Origin: Eledone cirrhosa
Taxonomy: Eukaryota
NCBI GenBank assembly: GCA_964016885.1
Contig: OZ024743.1
Coordinates: 91,264,001 to 91,328,000 of the forward strand
DNA length: 64,000 bases
Reading direction: 5' to 3'
A program made the position numbers and the translations under genes. Each line of letters begins with the position of its first letter. The stretch's first letter is position 1. Positions 1 through 12,019 of the stretch are shown piece after piece. The notes below the pieces were generated by a model, which was given only the letters and a program-made list of their open reading frames with translations, made no database searches and had not been told where the DNA came from.

Positions 1-185
1 ATGGTGGCTGCCAACTCGTTTTCGAGTACGGCCACTACTTTATATCCATGTAGGAGAACCCCTACAGAAGCACTGAACAAGTGTGACGTTTTAGTCCAGC
101 CAGCGACTTGAAAACTCTGGTACAAACACTACACTTGTGACAATTATTGACACATAGTGCTAGGCCCATGGTACCATATGACGAC
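1..185 (-). mobile_element. RTE-type LINE C-terminal fragment with zinc finger
   Basis: Minus strand translates CSVCTRVFKSLAGLKRHTC, typical of the C-terminal zinc finger of RTE-like ORFs. Confidence 0.5.
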
Positions 186-424
186 AAGTGCAGAGAGATC
201 ATAAATACACACACATATATACACATATTTAACACACACACCTGCGTCCACAGATTGATTTTTTTTAGTTTCAGAAGATCCCGTTAAGGGTGAAAGCAGC
301 GATTCTTTGCTTAAACATTAATCTGTTATTTTAATAAATATTTGCTCTATGGTTTTAAATATTTTGATATATATATTATCCTTATCGAGCCCTCTTCGGA
401 TTTTAGTCTTCACATTCATTATCA

Positions 425-714
425 TTACTTTGCCTTTCATCCTTACGGGGTCGATAAAATAAAGTACCAGTAATGTACTGGGTAATTGCTGGCCTTGTGC
501 CTAAAGTAGAAACAATTATTATTATTACTATATATTAAGGGCGGTGGATTGACAGTATCGGTAGAGAGTCGGACGCCATGCTTTGACGCATAGAGCTACG
601 GCCCTTGCCATTCTGAGTTCAAATCCCGCCGAGGTTAACTTTGCCTTTCATCCTTACGGGGTCGATAAAATGAAGTACCAGTAATCCACTGTGTAATTGC
701 TGGCCTTGTGCCAG

Positions 715-716
<2 letters not shown>
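425..716 (+). mobile_element. tRNA-derived SINE family A (partial plus full copy). Other copies at ~20430, 22225, 23293, 32481, 34287, 37140, 37321, 41440, 48225, 52710, 52915, 53195 and 63790 (minus)
   Basis: A-box-like GGTGGATTGGCAG, B-box GAGTTCAAATCC, central AACTTTGCCTTTCATCCTTACGGGGTCGATAAAATAAAGTACCAG and an (ATT)n tail; more than 12 copies in the window. Confidence 0.9.
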
Positions 717-750
<34 letters not shown>

Positions 751-1069
751 AATATATATAAATTGTGTTTATATGTACAAAATGGAATAAATAAAAGAAT
801 ATTTTCCTTCAATAGAGAATTAAAGAAAAGAAAATATATATAAAGAAATGAAGGGGAAAACTCCAAAGTTATCGGAAGAAACTGCAAATGAGAAAGCATG
901 GAAAATGTTATATAGCTGACCATGTCATTAATGGGTGATGGTCAAAATTGTTCCTCGTTGTGCCTTCCTACTTTTTGTTCTGGGAGCATGTGGGTTTTGT
1001 ACTCCTCCTCCCCCTCCCCCTTCCCCCCTTCCCCTCCTCATCTTCTCCCCCCCCCCGCCTCCTCCCTAT

Positions 1070-1262
1070 TCCTGAGAGAGTCGTGGGGAAAAGGTCCACA
1101 AAACACTCTTTCCAGCGGATCCTGTCAGAAGCAACCGTTACCAACTGATCCGGCTGGATCCCCAAATGAAACCAGCCGAGCTCATAGATCTTATCCAACC
1201 AGCTTGCTTTTGGTCTACCCTGGGTCTCCCGCCGGTTGGTTTTGCCAGAAAAATCTGTCCAG
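1070..1262 (-). mobile_element. LINE 3'-end fragment. Other copies at 26715-27020, 45050-45375 and 46720-46920 (+)
   Basis: Shared AGCAAGATGGTTGGATAA...GGATCCGTTGGAAG sequence; the 45 kb copy translates LLRIERSQLRYYGHV...PTGRKPRGR (RTE-like C-terminus). Confidence 0.75.
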
Positions 1263-2637
1263 ATTGTTGAGATTGTTGTTGTTGTTGTTGTTTTCCCACC
1301 CCCTTTCCCATAACTTCTTATTCTTGTTCGATGAGACTGGGGTCATCTTAGGTCAGTGATCCCAGAAGCATCATCGTGCGTAGAGATGACTAGGTCTACA
1401 AGTGCTCTCCATCGCTGGCGGTCCCGTACCAACCCCTTTGCATTCTCCAAGGTGACGTTGAGCCTCTGGAGATCATCCTTGATGACATCCAGCCATTTGG
1501 TGTGGGGCCTCTTCCAGCCTGTAGCTGCTGCGTCGAACGAGAGTAAGGTCCTGGTAGATGATTTGGCGGCAGGAAGAGGACATGTCCGTACCAGTGCATG
1601 CGGTGGATGGCTATGAGGCGGGATACTGCGGGCTGATGACGAGGGGGGGGGGGTGTAATCCGCATACTCCATATCGCTAAGGTGGTAGTTCCCGAAGGTA
1701 ACGCCAGAAACTCGCTCACAGACCTTGGTTATCAGATAGTCGATGATACAGTTGAGGAGGTCGGAAGCAGCCACCTGTTTGACCCCGCTGTTGATGTGGA
1801 ACCAGTTGGGAAGGGGTCTTGAGTTTACCAGGAAGTCATGCGAAGACAGGTTGACGCTTGATTTAAAAATCTCCCAGTTGTCGGTCTCGTCTTTGGCCAA
1901 GACGCTAAAGCAATTGGCGATGGAGCACACAAATGTAGAGGTGATGTTGAGATCACGGAGACATGATGAGTCAAGGCGGGGCTGGTACTTGGTGGCAGGG
2001 TCTGCCCAGAACCTCAGCTTTAGTGTCGCAGCCAGCAACTGATGGTCAGTATTGCTAAGTTGAGCTCCTCTGTAGACCCGACAGTTGGTGACAAACGATC
2101 TCCAGCGGCGTGAGATAATGATGTGGTCAGTTGCCTTTCGACTGTAGCCATCTGGACTGTACCAAGACTAGTGATGGATGAGTTTGCGGGGTAACCAGGT
2201 GTCGGCGATATAGAGATGTTTGTTGTGGCACAGCAGTAGAAGGCGATTACTGTTGTCAGCAAAGGTTATGCCAAAGGACTGCGTCTGCAATGGGTCGGTT
2301 GGAGGAAACCTCGCAGAAGAGATGGGAGCATTGGCGTCCGTCAGGATGATCATGATATCATGGAGTGGAATTTGTCCTAAAATCTGTTTGAGCTGGTTAT
2401 AGTAGTCGTCCTTGACAGTGTCCTCTGATAGTTACCTTCCTGTGCCGGTGGAGAAAACGGGAAGACAGCAAACGGATGCTCACCGGGTTCCAGCTGATGA
2501 GTGACTTGCGGTAACGGCCAGTGCCACGCCTCAGAGGCTCATTAGTTCTTTAGGCCCACACAAGATGAGGCAGTGGTCTCCTGTGATGAATTCGCCATTG
2601 CCAGACCAATGTGATGTTTTAGCGAGAGCGCTTTTGC

Positions 2638-3360
2638 TGTTGTCTGTATTGGTAGCGGAGATTATATCCTTAAATAAGATGTAAGGCTGTGTGTTTATGT
2701 TTCATGGTAGTGGAAAAGATCAGATCAGAAGGCATAAAGATTTATTTTTGCTTGACGCATGTACAAAGGATGTGAAGTGGTACAGATATTTTATGTAACA
2801 AAGCTGACGTGTAATGGCAAATCTCTTAAAGGCAAGTACTTTGGAACCAAGTTGTCGGTTACGGTAAATCTCCTAAAAGCTGAATAATGAAACTACTCCC
2901 ATCTCTTGTTAGAGAGCAAAGTCACAGGAGTAGGGAAGCCATTATGAGCTGCTGGTGTCGACGAAATGCCAAGCGCAACTGCTAGGTAGTTTTGAAAGAT
3001 GGTGAATCGACCAGTAAAGACATTTGTGAGATGCTGGTGTCGACGAAATGCAAAGAGAAACTGCTTGGTAGTTTTGAAAGATGGTGCCTTGACCGGGAAA
3101 GCCATTTGTGAGGTGCTGGCGTCGACGAAATGCAAAGCGCAACTGGAAGGTAGTTTTGAAAGATGGTGTCTCGACCGCGGAAGCCATTTGTGAGGTCTGG
3201 CGTCGACGAAATGCAAAGCGCAACTGCTAGCTAGAACTAAAAAAGGGCGCGAAGCAACTGCTGGCTGGAAGTCGTCTTTTGTATTGATATGCCACCAACC
3301 CTAAGGGCTGTCGAATGACAAAGCACGACCAAATTACTCCGCAGTGATAAAATAATGCCA
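2638..3360 (-). mobile_element. Solo LTR (Gypsy-like, 4-bp TSD) inserted in the LINE endonuclease
   Basis: TG...CA ends; TTGC duplicated at 2634-2637 and 3361-3364; minus-strand AATAAA near 2745. Excision joins the LINE flanks in one frame (YNIVASKSALAKTSHW). Confidence 0.65.
2950..3232. repeat. ~82-bp tandem repeat, about 3.5 copies
   Basis: GTCGACGAAATGC...GGTAGTTTTGAAAGATGGTG...CATTTGTGAG recurs at ~2957, 3039, 3121 and 3202. Confidence 0.9.
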
Positions 3361-4167
3361 TTGCTTGCTACAATGTTATAGTGGGAGAGCTCGAGACAGC
3401 AGAATGGCTGCTCCGAGGCGAAGGAATGACATGACATTCCATGTGGCAATACGAATTTTGTAGCGTAAGACAATTTCTCGTTGTTGGGGGGCATGGCGAT
3501 CCGATCCGATGTTTCTTCTGGTCGGTTTCGTAACAGGTTGATGGCTCTTCTGGGTGGGTTGTTGGCCCTCTGCAGAATAGTCGGATGATGGGGTTGCCAT
3601 CTTGGCGGCAAGCCATCTTGGCGGATCACCGTTGGTCAGGGACCTCCCTGGGAGACCGGCCCACCAAGGGTGGCCCTACCAGGAGCAAGGCTCTAGACGG
3701 TGACGCTCTCTCAGATTTACGGACCATACCCTCGCCACGAGAAGGCCAGACCCAGGCATCCGTTTTGTAGCGTAAGTAAATTTCTCGTTATTGGTGGTAG
3801 TGAGGGATGCAGGGGTCCGTTCCAATGTTGGGCCGGGTTCTTCTGGTCGCTTTCGTAACAGGTTCATAGTTCTCGCAACGCTCTTATTTTTGTGTCGCGG
3901 ATATTTCAATTTTTGGTCTCTTTCAAATGTCCAAGGTTTGTTTAAAGACCGTGAAAAAGTTGGACAGGGAAGTCGTATTGTACCTTCAGGGGCAGATAAT
4001 CTCTCTTTGTCTCTGTCAGCGGGTCTCACTCTCTCTCTATCTTTCTTATTATATATAAAGACACACACACACACACTCGCACACAGCCACACACACACAT
4101 ACATATATATATATATGATGGTGTTGAAACGGCAAGAGTTCAGCCGTCGGGGTCCCGGCTCTTTATA

Positions 4168-4204
<37 letters not shown>

Positions 4205-4232
4205 TTTTAGTTATTTTCCGACGGAATTACTT

Positions 4233-4326
<94 letters not shown>

Positions 4327-4457
4327 ATTCCTGATGATTTTTAAAGAATGAAACAGTTCTAGTCCTGGAGAATCTCATCTATATTAAAACTTTTATACTC
4401 TGCTATGTATTGAGTACCTTGCTTACTGTGGTTACCTCCGATTCAACCCGGAATAAC

Positions 4458-4539
<82 letters not shown>

Positions 4540-4835
4540 CGTCGAATAAGATTAATTAGACATATTACAATCGTTTATATATTACAGCTCGAGGCACGAT
4601 CGATGCAATGATCAAACCTGACTCTGAAATCGCAAGGTCCTCAGATATGTCTCGATTCTACGAAGCAGAGTTTCCAGAGAAACGATTGTAATATGTCTAA
4701 TAAATCTTGTTCGTCGCACCACTGATTCTCCGTTTCTTATGTGATATTATACTCTGCTCTGTAAGAGCATCGAGTGCTCAAACGGCATACGACTTACGGA
4801 CGCTTTAAGCATCCCACACCAATTATATATATATA

Positions 4836-5612
4836 TATGAAAGACGTAAAATAAGAAAATTTAAAAAATTAAAAATCAACTTACTTACTAAAATTTTCAC
4901 TCCAACTAATTAGTTTCTGTAAGGGGTTAAATATGATTTTTAAAATTTTCTTATTTTACGTCTTTCATATAATTGTTCTGCATCCCCCTGCATAGAACCA
5001 CAAAGGTATTAAGACATAACATATATATTTGCTAGCATGGGTATACATCTGTATACATATGTTGGTAGATATACTAATTCTCTATATTTATCTCCAAATT
5101 GAGTTGCCAAAATTTACTGCTGTGATTCATGGTAGTAGTAGTAGGCTCTTGTCATAATTCCACCCCACTCCTCACTGATTAACCTCAGTGTCACGTGATT
5201 GATCCTTTAGAATCTGCCACTGACCAAAGAGGCAGTGAATTTTTTCAGTGCTTTGAAATTTAGTCCCCGCTAGCTTTATTCCACCCACTGAATTATTATT
5301 TTTATATGGGTTCCTAGTGTCCGCGCATTGCCTGGGAACTTAGCTGAGAATAGACTCCCTGATGACGTAAGGAATTCTCTATAGTTATGTTACGTAACTA
5401 TATTTATCCCCTTACAGAAACTAATTAGTTGGAGTGAAAATTTTAGTAAGTAAATTGATTTTGAATTTTTAAAATTTACTTATTTTACGTCTTTCATATA
5501 ATTGTTTTGCATCCCCCTGCATAGAACCACAAAGGTACTAAGACATAACATATATATTTGCTAGCATGGGTATACATCTGTATACATATGTTGGTAGATA
5601 TACTAATTCTCT
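4836..5612 (+). mobile_element. Penelope-like pseudo-LTR arrangement (inverted plus direct partial copies)
   Basis: 4836-4933 is the reverse complement of ~5400-5498; 4936-5083 is directly repeated at ~5465-5612. A hammerhead-like CTGATGA-CGTAA...TTACG lies at 5359-5398. Flanked by (TA)n. Confidence 0.6.
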
Positions 5613-5624
5613 CACTCTCTCTCT

Positions 5625-5880
<256 letters not shown>

Positions 5881-6123
5881 GTATGCGCACACACATATAT
5901 GTGAGAGGCTGAGAAAGACATACATACATGCGTGCATATATATATTTTGATCGATCGATAGAGAGAAAGTATTCCTATTACTTCAACATCAGTTATCATT
6001 TCAATAGATACTTATCGATGTTACATCAAATGAGAAAGGGAAAGAGGCGAATAAGGAGTATGAGAGAACGACAAGTATGGATTATTAAATAGTGAAAACG
6101 AATATATATATATATACATATAT

Positions 6124-6220
<97 letters not shown>

Positions 6221-6515
6221 AGCTGAGTGTCGTGTGTATTATGTATATATGTATGTATCCTACACACCTCCCTATAGTTTGTTAGCTTTACTCTCTCCGT
6301 CGTTGTTCCCTCTATAATTTAACTGCTTTACTCTCTCTGTCGCTCTTCACTCTCAAATATTAAAAAGCTGACCGTCTTCTCTCCCCCCTCTCTCTCTTTT
6401 ACTCTCTCCGTCGCTCTTCCCTCTCTCTATAATAGATCATTCCCCCTCTCTATAATTTAACTGCTTTACTCTCTCTGTCGCTCTTCACTCTCAAATATTA
6501 AAAAGCTGAGCGTCT

Positions 6516-6589
<74 letters not shown>

Positions 6590-6779
6590 TTTCACCCTCT
6601 CTATAATTTAACTGCTTTACCCTCTGTCTCTCTTCACTCTCTATATGACAACACTCTTTTACTTTCCGGAGCGTCCCCTCTTTCACGCTCTCTATAATTT
6701 AACTGCTTTACTCTCTGTCTCTCTTCACTCTCTATATGACAACACTCTTTTACTTTCCGTATCTACCTTCAATATATAC

Positions 6780-6995
6780 CCAGGTTCTGCTGCACCTTGG
6801 GCTGAGGGGGCCAAACTCCTCAAATACCGGTCACTCTCCGACAGATTTGCGGTCGTACCCCTGGCAGTGGAGACTTCTGGTGTCCTCGGCCCCAGGGCTA
6901 CCTCCTTAGTCACCACCATAGGCTCTGAGCTGGCCAGCCGCAGGTGTGAGCCCCGCGAGTTGGAGTGCCTTCTCCATTCTGTCCGCCGGGGCTGT
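6780..6995 (+). mobile_element. Fragment of RLE-domain non-LTR retrotransposon (CRE-like C-terminus)
   Basis: GC-rich island translating KYRSLSDRFAVVPLAVETSGVLGPRATSLVTTIG...EPRE, resembling the F.PLAVET.G..G motif of restriction-like endonuclease ends. Confidence 0.6.
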
Positions 6996-7238
6996 GGGTG
7001 GGCCCCATCGCGTACCGTTGTAGTTGTTGTATACAGATATTAACTCATCAATCCCATTATTTATATCATATATCAACATAGAGATGAGCGTCGTATGTAT
7101 GTTTATTTCAAAAGGATAATCTCCTTCAAATTCGGTCAACACACAAGCAGGTAATACATACATCAAAAGGCAACCCTCTTAGAGAGACAGAGAGTGAAAG
7201 AGACAGATTAGGAAAACTACACACACACACACACATCT

Positions 7239-7278
<40 letters not shown>

Positions 7279-7437
7279 CAGGGAAAGAGAAACAGAGGGA
7301 CGGGCAAGCAGGTAATACATACATCTAAAATCATTTGGATACAAATATCATAATATAATGGTTGCAGAACGAAAATACAGACAATAATGTATGTATCCCA
7401 CTCCCATACACTTTCTTTTTCTGTCGTCGCTCGCATA

Positions 7438-7629
<192 letters not shown>

Positions 7630-7920
7630 TCACACCTGATTTCGCCAATTGCCGGATAACATAAAAAAAAACACACAGACACACACATGCACATACACAC
7701 ATACACAAACACACATACACATGCACACATCTATACTGTACTTTATATGTATGTATTTATGTATGTATGTAAGATCATTCCCCCTCTATAATTTAACTGC
7801 TTCACTCTCTCTATATGACAACACTGTTTTAGTTTCCGTATCTCCCTTCAATATATACACACATAGAGAGAGATTTAGAGATTTAGAGAGAGATTTAGAG
7901 AGATTTAGAGAGAGAGATTT

Positions 7921-7958
<38 letters not shown>

Positions 7959-8062
7959 TCGGAAGGACAATGTGACACGGGAGGGTGTGTGGTATGTTTG
8001 CAGTGGAGTAGTGGGGGAAGGTATACCTTACCGAACGCCAGCCGGACGGGACAACTAGTATA

Positions 8063-8167
<105 letters not shown>

Positions 8168-8445
8168 ATGTGTGTGTGTGTGTATGTGTGTGTGTGTGAA
8201 GTAATTGCATCCGAAAGGTCCAGGAAAAAGAGTGCTCTATGTAGGTTATTAGTAATAAACAACATAAGATAATTATTTTATTTACCAGTGGTTTCTTGAA
8301 AGCAAACAAATTTGCTTTCAGTCATCAGAATGAAAAAATCCTGGTGTATTTATTGACAGTGGAATAATAGATAGTTTGATGGACAGACAGACAGGTAGGT
8401 AAATAGATAGATAGTTAGATAGATTGATAGATAGATATCTTTATC

Positions 8446-8645
8446 TTTCTTTATTGGCCACAAGGGCGTACAAGAAATGGGATATGACAAGACATGACGG
8501 CGGGGGTTTTGCATAAAAATCGTGTAAACTTTAACCTTAATAAATTACAATAAAACAATCGAAATTCCCAATAGAGAGGAACATTATTGCCGGCTCCCCC
8601 TTTGATTGATAGATATATTTCTTTATTAGCCACAAGGGCGCACGA
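8446..8645 (-). mobile_element. Two 3'-end fragments of a Tx1-like LINE within a (GATA)n/(GACA)n tract
   Basis: Minus strand CCCTTGTGGCCAATAAAGAAA and CCCTTGTGGCTAATAAAGAAA match the 3' end of the 32.8-33.7 kb element (CCCTTGTGGTTAATAAAGAAA). Confidence 0.6.
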
Positions 8646-9192
8646 TAGATCTATAGGTTGATAGACAGATAGAAAGATAGATAGATCGACAGGTAGATAG
8701 ATCGACAGGTAGATAGATAGACAGGTAGATAGATAGACAAGATTGACAGAGACACGGATAAGTAGAAGTAGACAGGTAGACAGAGATGAGGTTGTGTAGA
8801 AATGATTTAAAATAATCGAAAAACATAATTCGGGGAACACCACTCATGTTTATTTATAACAGAAAAGAAATAATACCACCCCACCGCCAACATCACCAAC
8901 AGCAATAACACTACAACCACCACAATAACAACAGCAGTAACACCATCAACACAACCACCATACCACGACAACCATCAACATCACCACCATCACCATCATG
9001 AACGATCATACCAAAACAACCACCACTAACGACAACGACAAGAACAACAACTAATGAAATTAATAAACAAATTTAGAGAAAAGAAGACATAAGGAACATT
9101 TTTATTTAGTTAACTTGGTGTTTGTGAAGGAGGTAAGCGACCGAGGATTTTAGAAAAAAAAGAGGGCATCTGCTTGGCGTCGCCTGGTATAC

Positions 9193-9224
<32 letters not shown>

Positions 9225-9332
9225 TGGTTTCGTTTGTTTGTCAGTCGTGTATGTTATATGTGGCTTATATAGTTGGAAGAGGCTTTCGAATATTTTTACT
9301 GGGTCGACATAGCTTGCCATGATGTGATGGCC

Positions 9333-9370
9333 ATGAATTTGAGAAATCTCTTCCAGGATTTTAACCCTAG
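9333..9370 (+). CDS. TMEM185: TMEM185 coding exon 1 (MNLRNLFQDFNP-S)
   Basis: ATGAATTTGAGAAATCTCTTCCAGGATTTTAACCCTAG|gtaagt. Matches the TMEM185A/B N-terminus as I recall it (MNLRGLFQDFNPS); phase-2 donor. An in-frame ATG at 9327 could add MA. Confidence 0.93.
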
Positions 9371-9384
9371 GTAAGTAGCGGCTG

Positions 9385-9750
9385 CCTAGCGAAGGCACCC
9401 ATACATATATATACATACATAATATATATATATATATATATACCATAAGAAATGCACCCACATATATTTATATAGATATATAGATATACATACACATAAG
9501 AAAGGCACCCATGCATATCTATATACACAGCCTAAGAAAGGCACCTACCTACACATGTGTACACATATACAGTCCAGGATACATAGACTAACGAAAAGCA
9601 CCCATAGACATAGACACAGACACATCATAGGAAAGACACCCACACACATACCTACACGTAGCCACATACAATGCCTAGGAAAGGGACACACATATACTGT
9701 TTAGGAAAGGCTCACAAACACACATATAAACACAACATAGGAAAAGCACA
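9385..9750. repeat. Degenerate motif array, about 9 copies of (C/A)TARGAAAGGCACCCA with variable AC/AT-rich spacers
   Basis: Copies near 9388, 9445, 9497, 9532, 9588, 9627, 9675, 9702 and 9737. Confidence 0.8.
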
Positions 9751-10079
9751 CACACACATCTACAAACTTAAGACATTCGTACAATCCAAGGAGTCACTTA
9801 TGTGGTGGTCACCCGACCTAGGAAAAACAGAAAAATCTCCCTAAAATTACACCATTCTAATGTTTTTTAAACAAAAAGAAAAGACACGTTGAATAATATA
9901 GTCTTAGGTTTACTATGTTTAAGAAACTAAGAAAAAATTTGACACATGTTTACGACCTGAATACCTTTAATCATACATGTTTGACTTGGGGTTAACCACC
10001 TGAATCAAGTCACGGGAAAAAGAAAAATCACATTTTATTTTACATAAAATAATTAAAAAAGTTAATTTATTTAAAACAA

Positions 10080-10137
<58 letters not shown>

Positions 10138-10787
10138 AACCTAATCGCCCCTGAAAACACTTTATATCGGATTTAAGCCTTTTCTTTTCTTAGTCAAAGT
10201 GACTTTTTACCCTGTGACTTATTACTTCCGTTTACTAACGATCTTCGACAACAGCGTGGTCACTTTACCTGCTAGAAAATTCAGCCAAATTTCTCTCTAG
10301 GAAGTACACATACAATAATGTAGTCTTCCGTGTATTGTAGCTAGAATTAGAGCAGGGTTGTCATAGCTGGAACCCTTTTGATCACTGTTATCATTCATAT
10401 TTTTGTATTCAGTTTTAGGGATAAATAAGTTTATTTCATTATTTAATATTCTCTGTTAACACATCGATCGTATTTATAATATTATATAAGTATATATATT
10501 ATATGAATGTTATATATATATATAAGATATTAATTTAACAATGAAAAATAACAACAAAGTCAAGTTATTTTACCTAATGAATAGGTAAAATAACTTGACT
10601 TTACTTTGTTGTTATTAATTTAACAATGAAAATATTATCTAATATCAGACGGAACCTTTCTATGGATTTCACTGTATTACTCGATATCAGATTACATTGA
10701 GTTCTATCTACTGTACGGACCCTACCACCAAGGGTAGACCACATTAAATCTCTCTATATATGTGTGTGAATGAGTGCGTGTATATGC

Positions 10788-10843
<56 letters not shown>

Positions 10844-11086
10844 AAAAATTGAACGGGAACAAAACAGAGAGGTAGTACGAACAAAGGTTTATTAGTTTCA
10901 CGCTCTCGAGAGTGGGGTGGTGGTGGGGAACGACGTTTCGGGCATAAGCCCTTCAGGTGAAAAGTGTGTGGGAAGAGAGTTCCAAGGGTGTGTAGGGGAG
11001 TGGTGGAGAGACATATAGAAAAAAGGGGGGTGAGAATATATATATATATGCCTGTATATATATATATATATATATGTATATATGCG

Positions 11087-11117
<31 letters not shown>

Positions 11118-11326
11118 ATATATGTGTGTGTATATATATATATATGTGTGTGTGTATATATATATATATATCTGTATATGCATGTATATATATATATATA
11201 TATATATATGGATATATATGTGTGTATATATCTATATATATGTATATATCATCGTCATTTTACCTCAATTTTTCTACATTAGCATGGATTAGACGATATA
11301 TATGTTTATATACATATGTATATATA

Positions 11327-12019
11327 TACATATAAAAATGAGAAAACTCATCGCTACAACTACTGTTAAAACAGTCAAATGCGGTTAAAGACTGATGGGC
11401 AAAAATACTTCAGAGGACAGAGACCAGTGGCCAGTAGTCAACAGAGAGACAATCCACAAGGTGGGTGACAGGTAGATGAAATATAGAAAAGAGGAGGACC
11501 AGGAGAAATGTGTTGGTGCATAGAAGTGACTGGAAGAAGGAAATAAAGAAAGATGTACGAGACAAGTTTACACATACACATCTTCACTTTCAGCTCTCAA
11601 ACCAGCAAAATGGTTTCACACATTTAATTGAGAGTACCATTTTAAAATGCGGGATCGTGTAACAGAAAAATAAATCTTTCTGCTAGTATGATGTGTGTGT
11701 GGTAAAACAAACAGCACAGATAGAAGGACGAAAGAAAAGGAAAATAATAGGATAGTGGAGTTCAAGCTGCGCTGTCTGTCCTAAATAGAAAGCTAATCAC
11801 AGCTATGATAAAGTTTGATGAAAAAACAATGTTGTTTCTGATTGAGATGAAGTGACAGTGTATTTAAATACATATAAAAATGAGAAAACTCATCGCTAGA
11901 ACAGCTATTAAAACAGCTAAATGCTATCAAAGACAGCAATGGGCAAAAATGCCTCAGATGACAAAGACCAGCAGCCAGTGGTCAACAAAGAGACAATCCA
12001 AAGGGTTGGTGACAGGTAG
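11327..12019 (+). repeat. Pair of diverged ~150-bp direct repeats (11327-11475 and 11870-12019)
   Basis: Both begin ACATATAAAAATGAGAAAACTCATCGCTA and end GGTGACAGGTAG. Confidence 0.8.

Larger units (their letters stand above)
1340..3870 (-). mobile_element. Decayed, internally deleted RTE-clade LINE (APE endonuclease plus RT)
   Basis: KIRIATWNV endonuclease start near 3450, IILTDANA, SGVKQ...EYADY (YADD-like) and KWLDVIKDDL...DRQRWR C-terminus. A duplicated 5' segment lies at 3457-3545 and 3763-3870. Confidence 0.85.

Noticed and set aside
539-635. tRNA gene
   Set aside because: A/B boxes are present but there is no cloverleaf, and the sequence continues into the multi-copy SINE body.
2950-3232. 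82-bp repeats as a CRISPR array or ribozyme array
   Set aside because: Whole units are homologous, with no unique spacers and no CUGANGA core; better explained as LTR-internal repeats.
9385-9750. CRISPR-like repeat-spacer appearance
   Set aside because: Repeats are short and degenerate, spacers are low-complexity, the site is a eukaryotic intron, and there are no cas genes.
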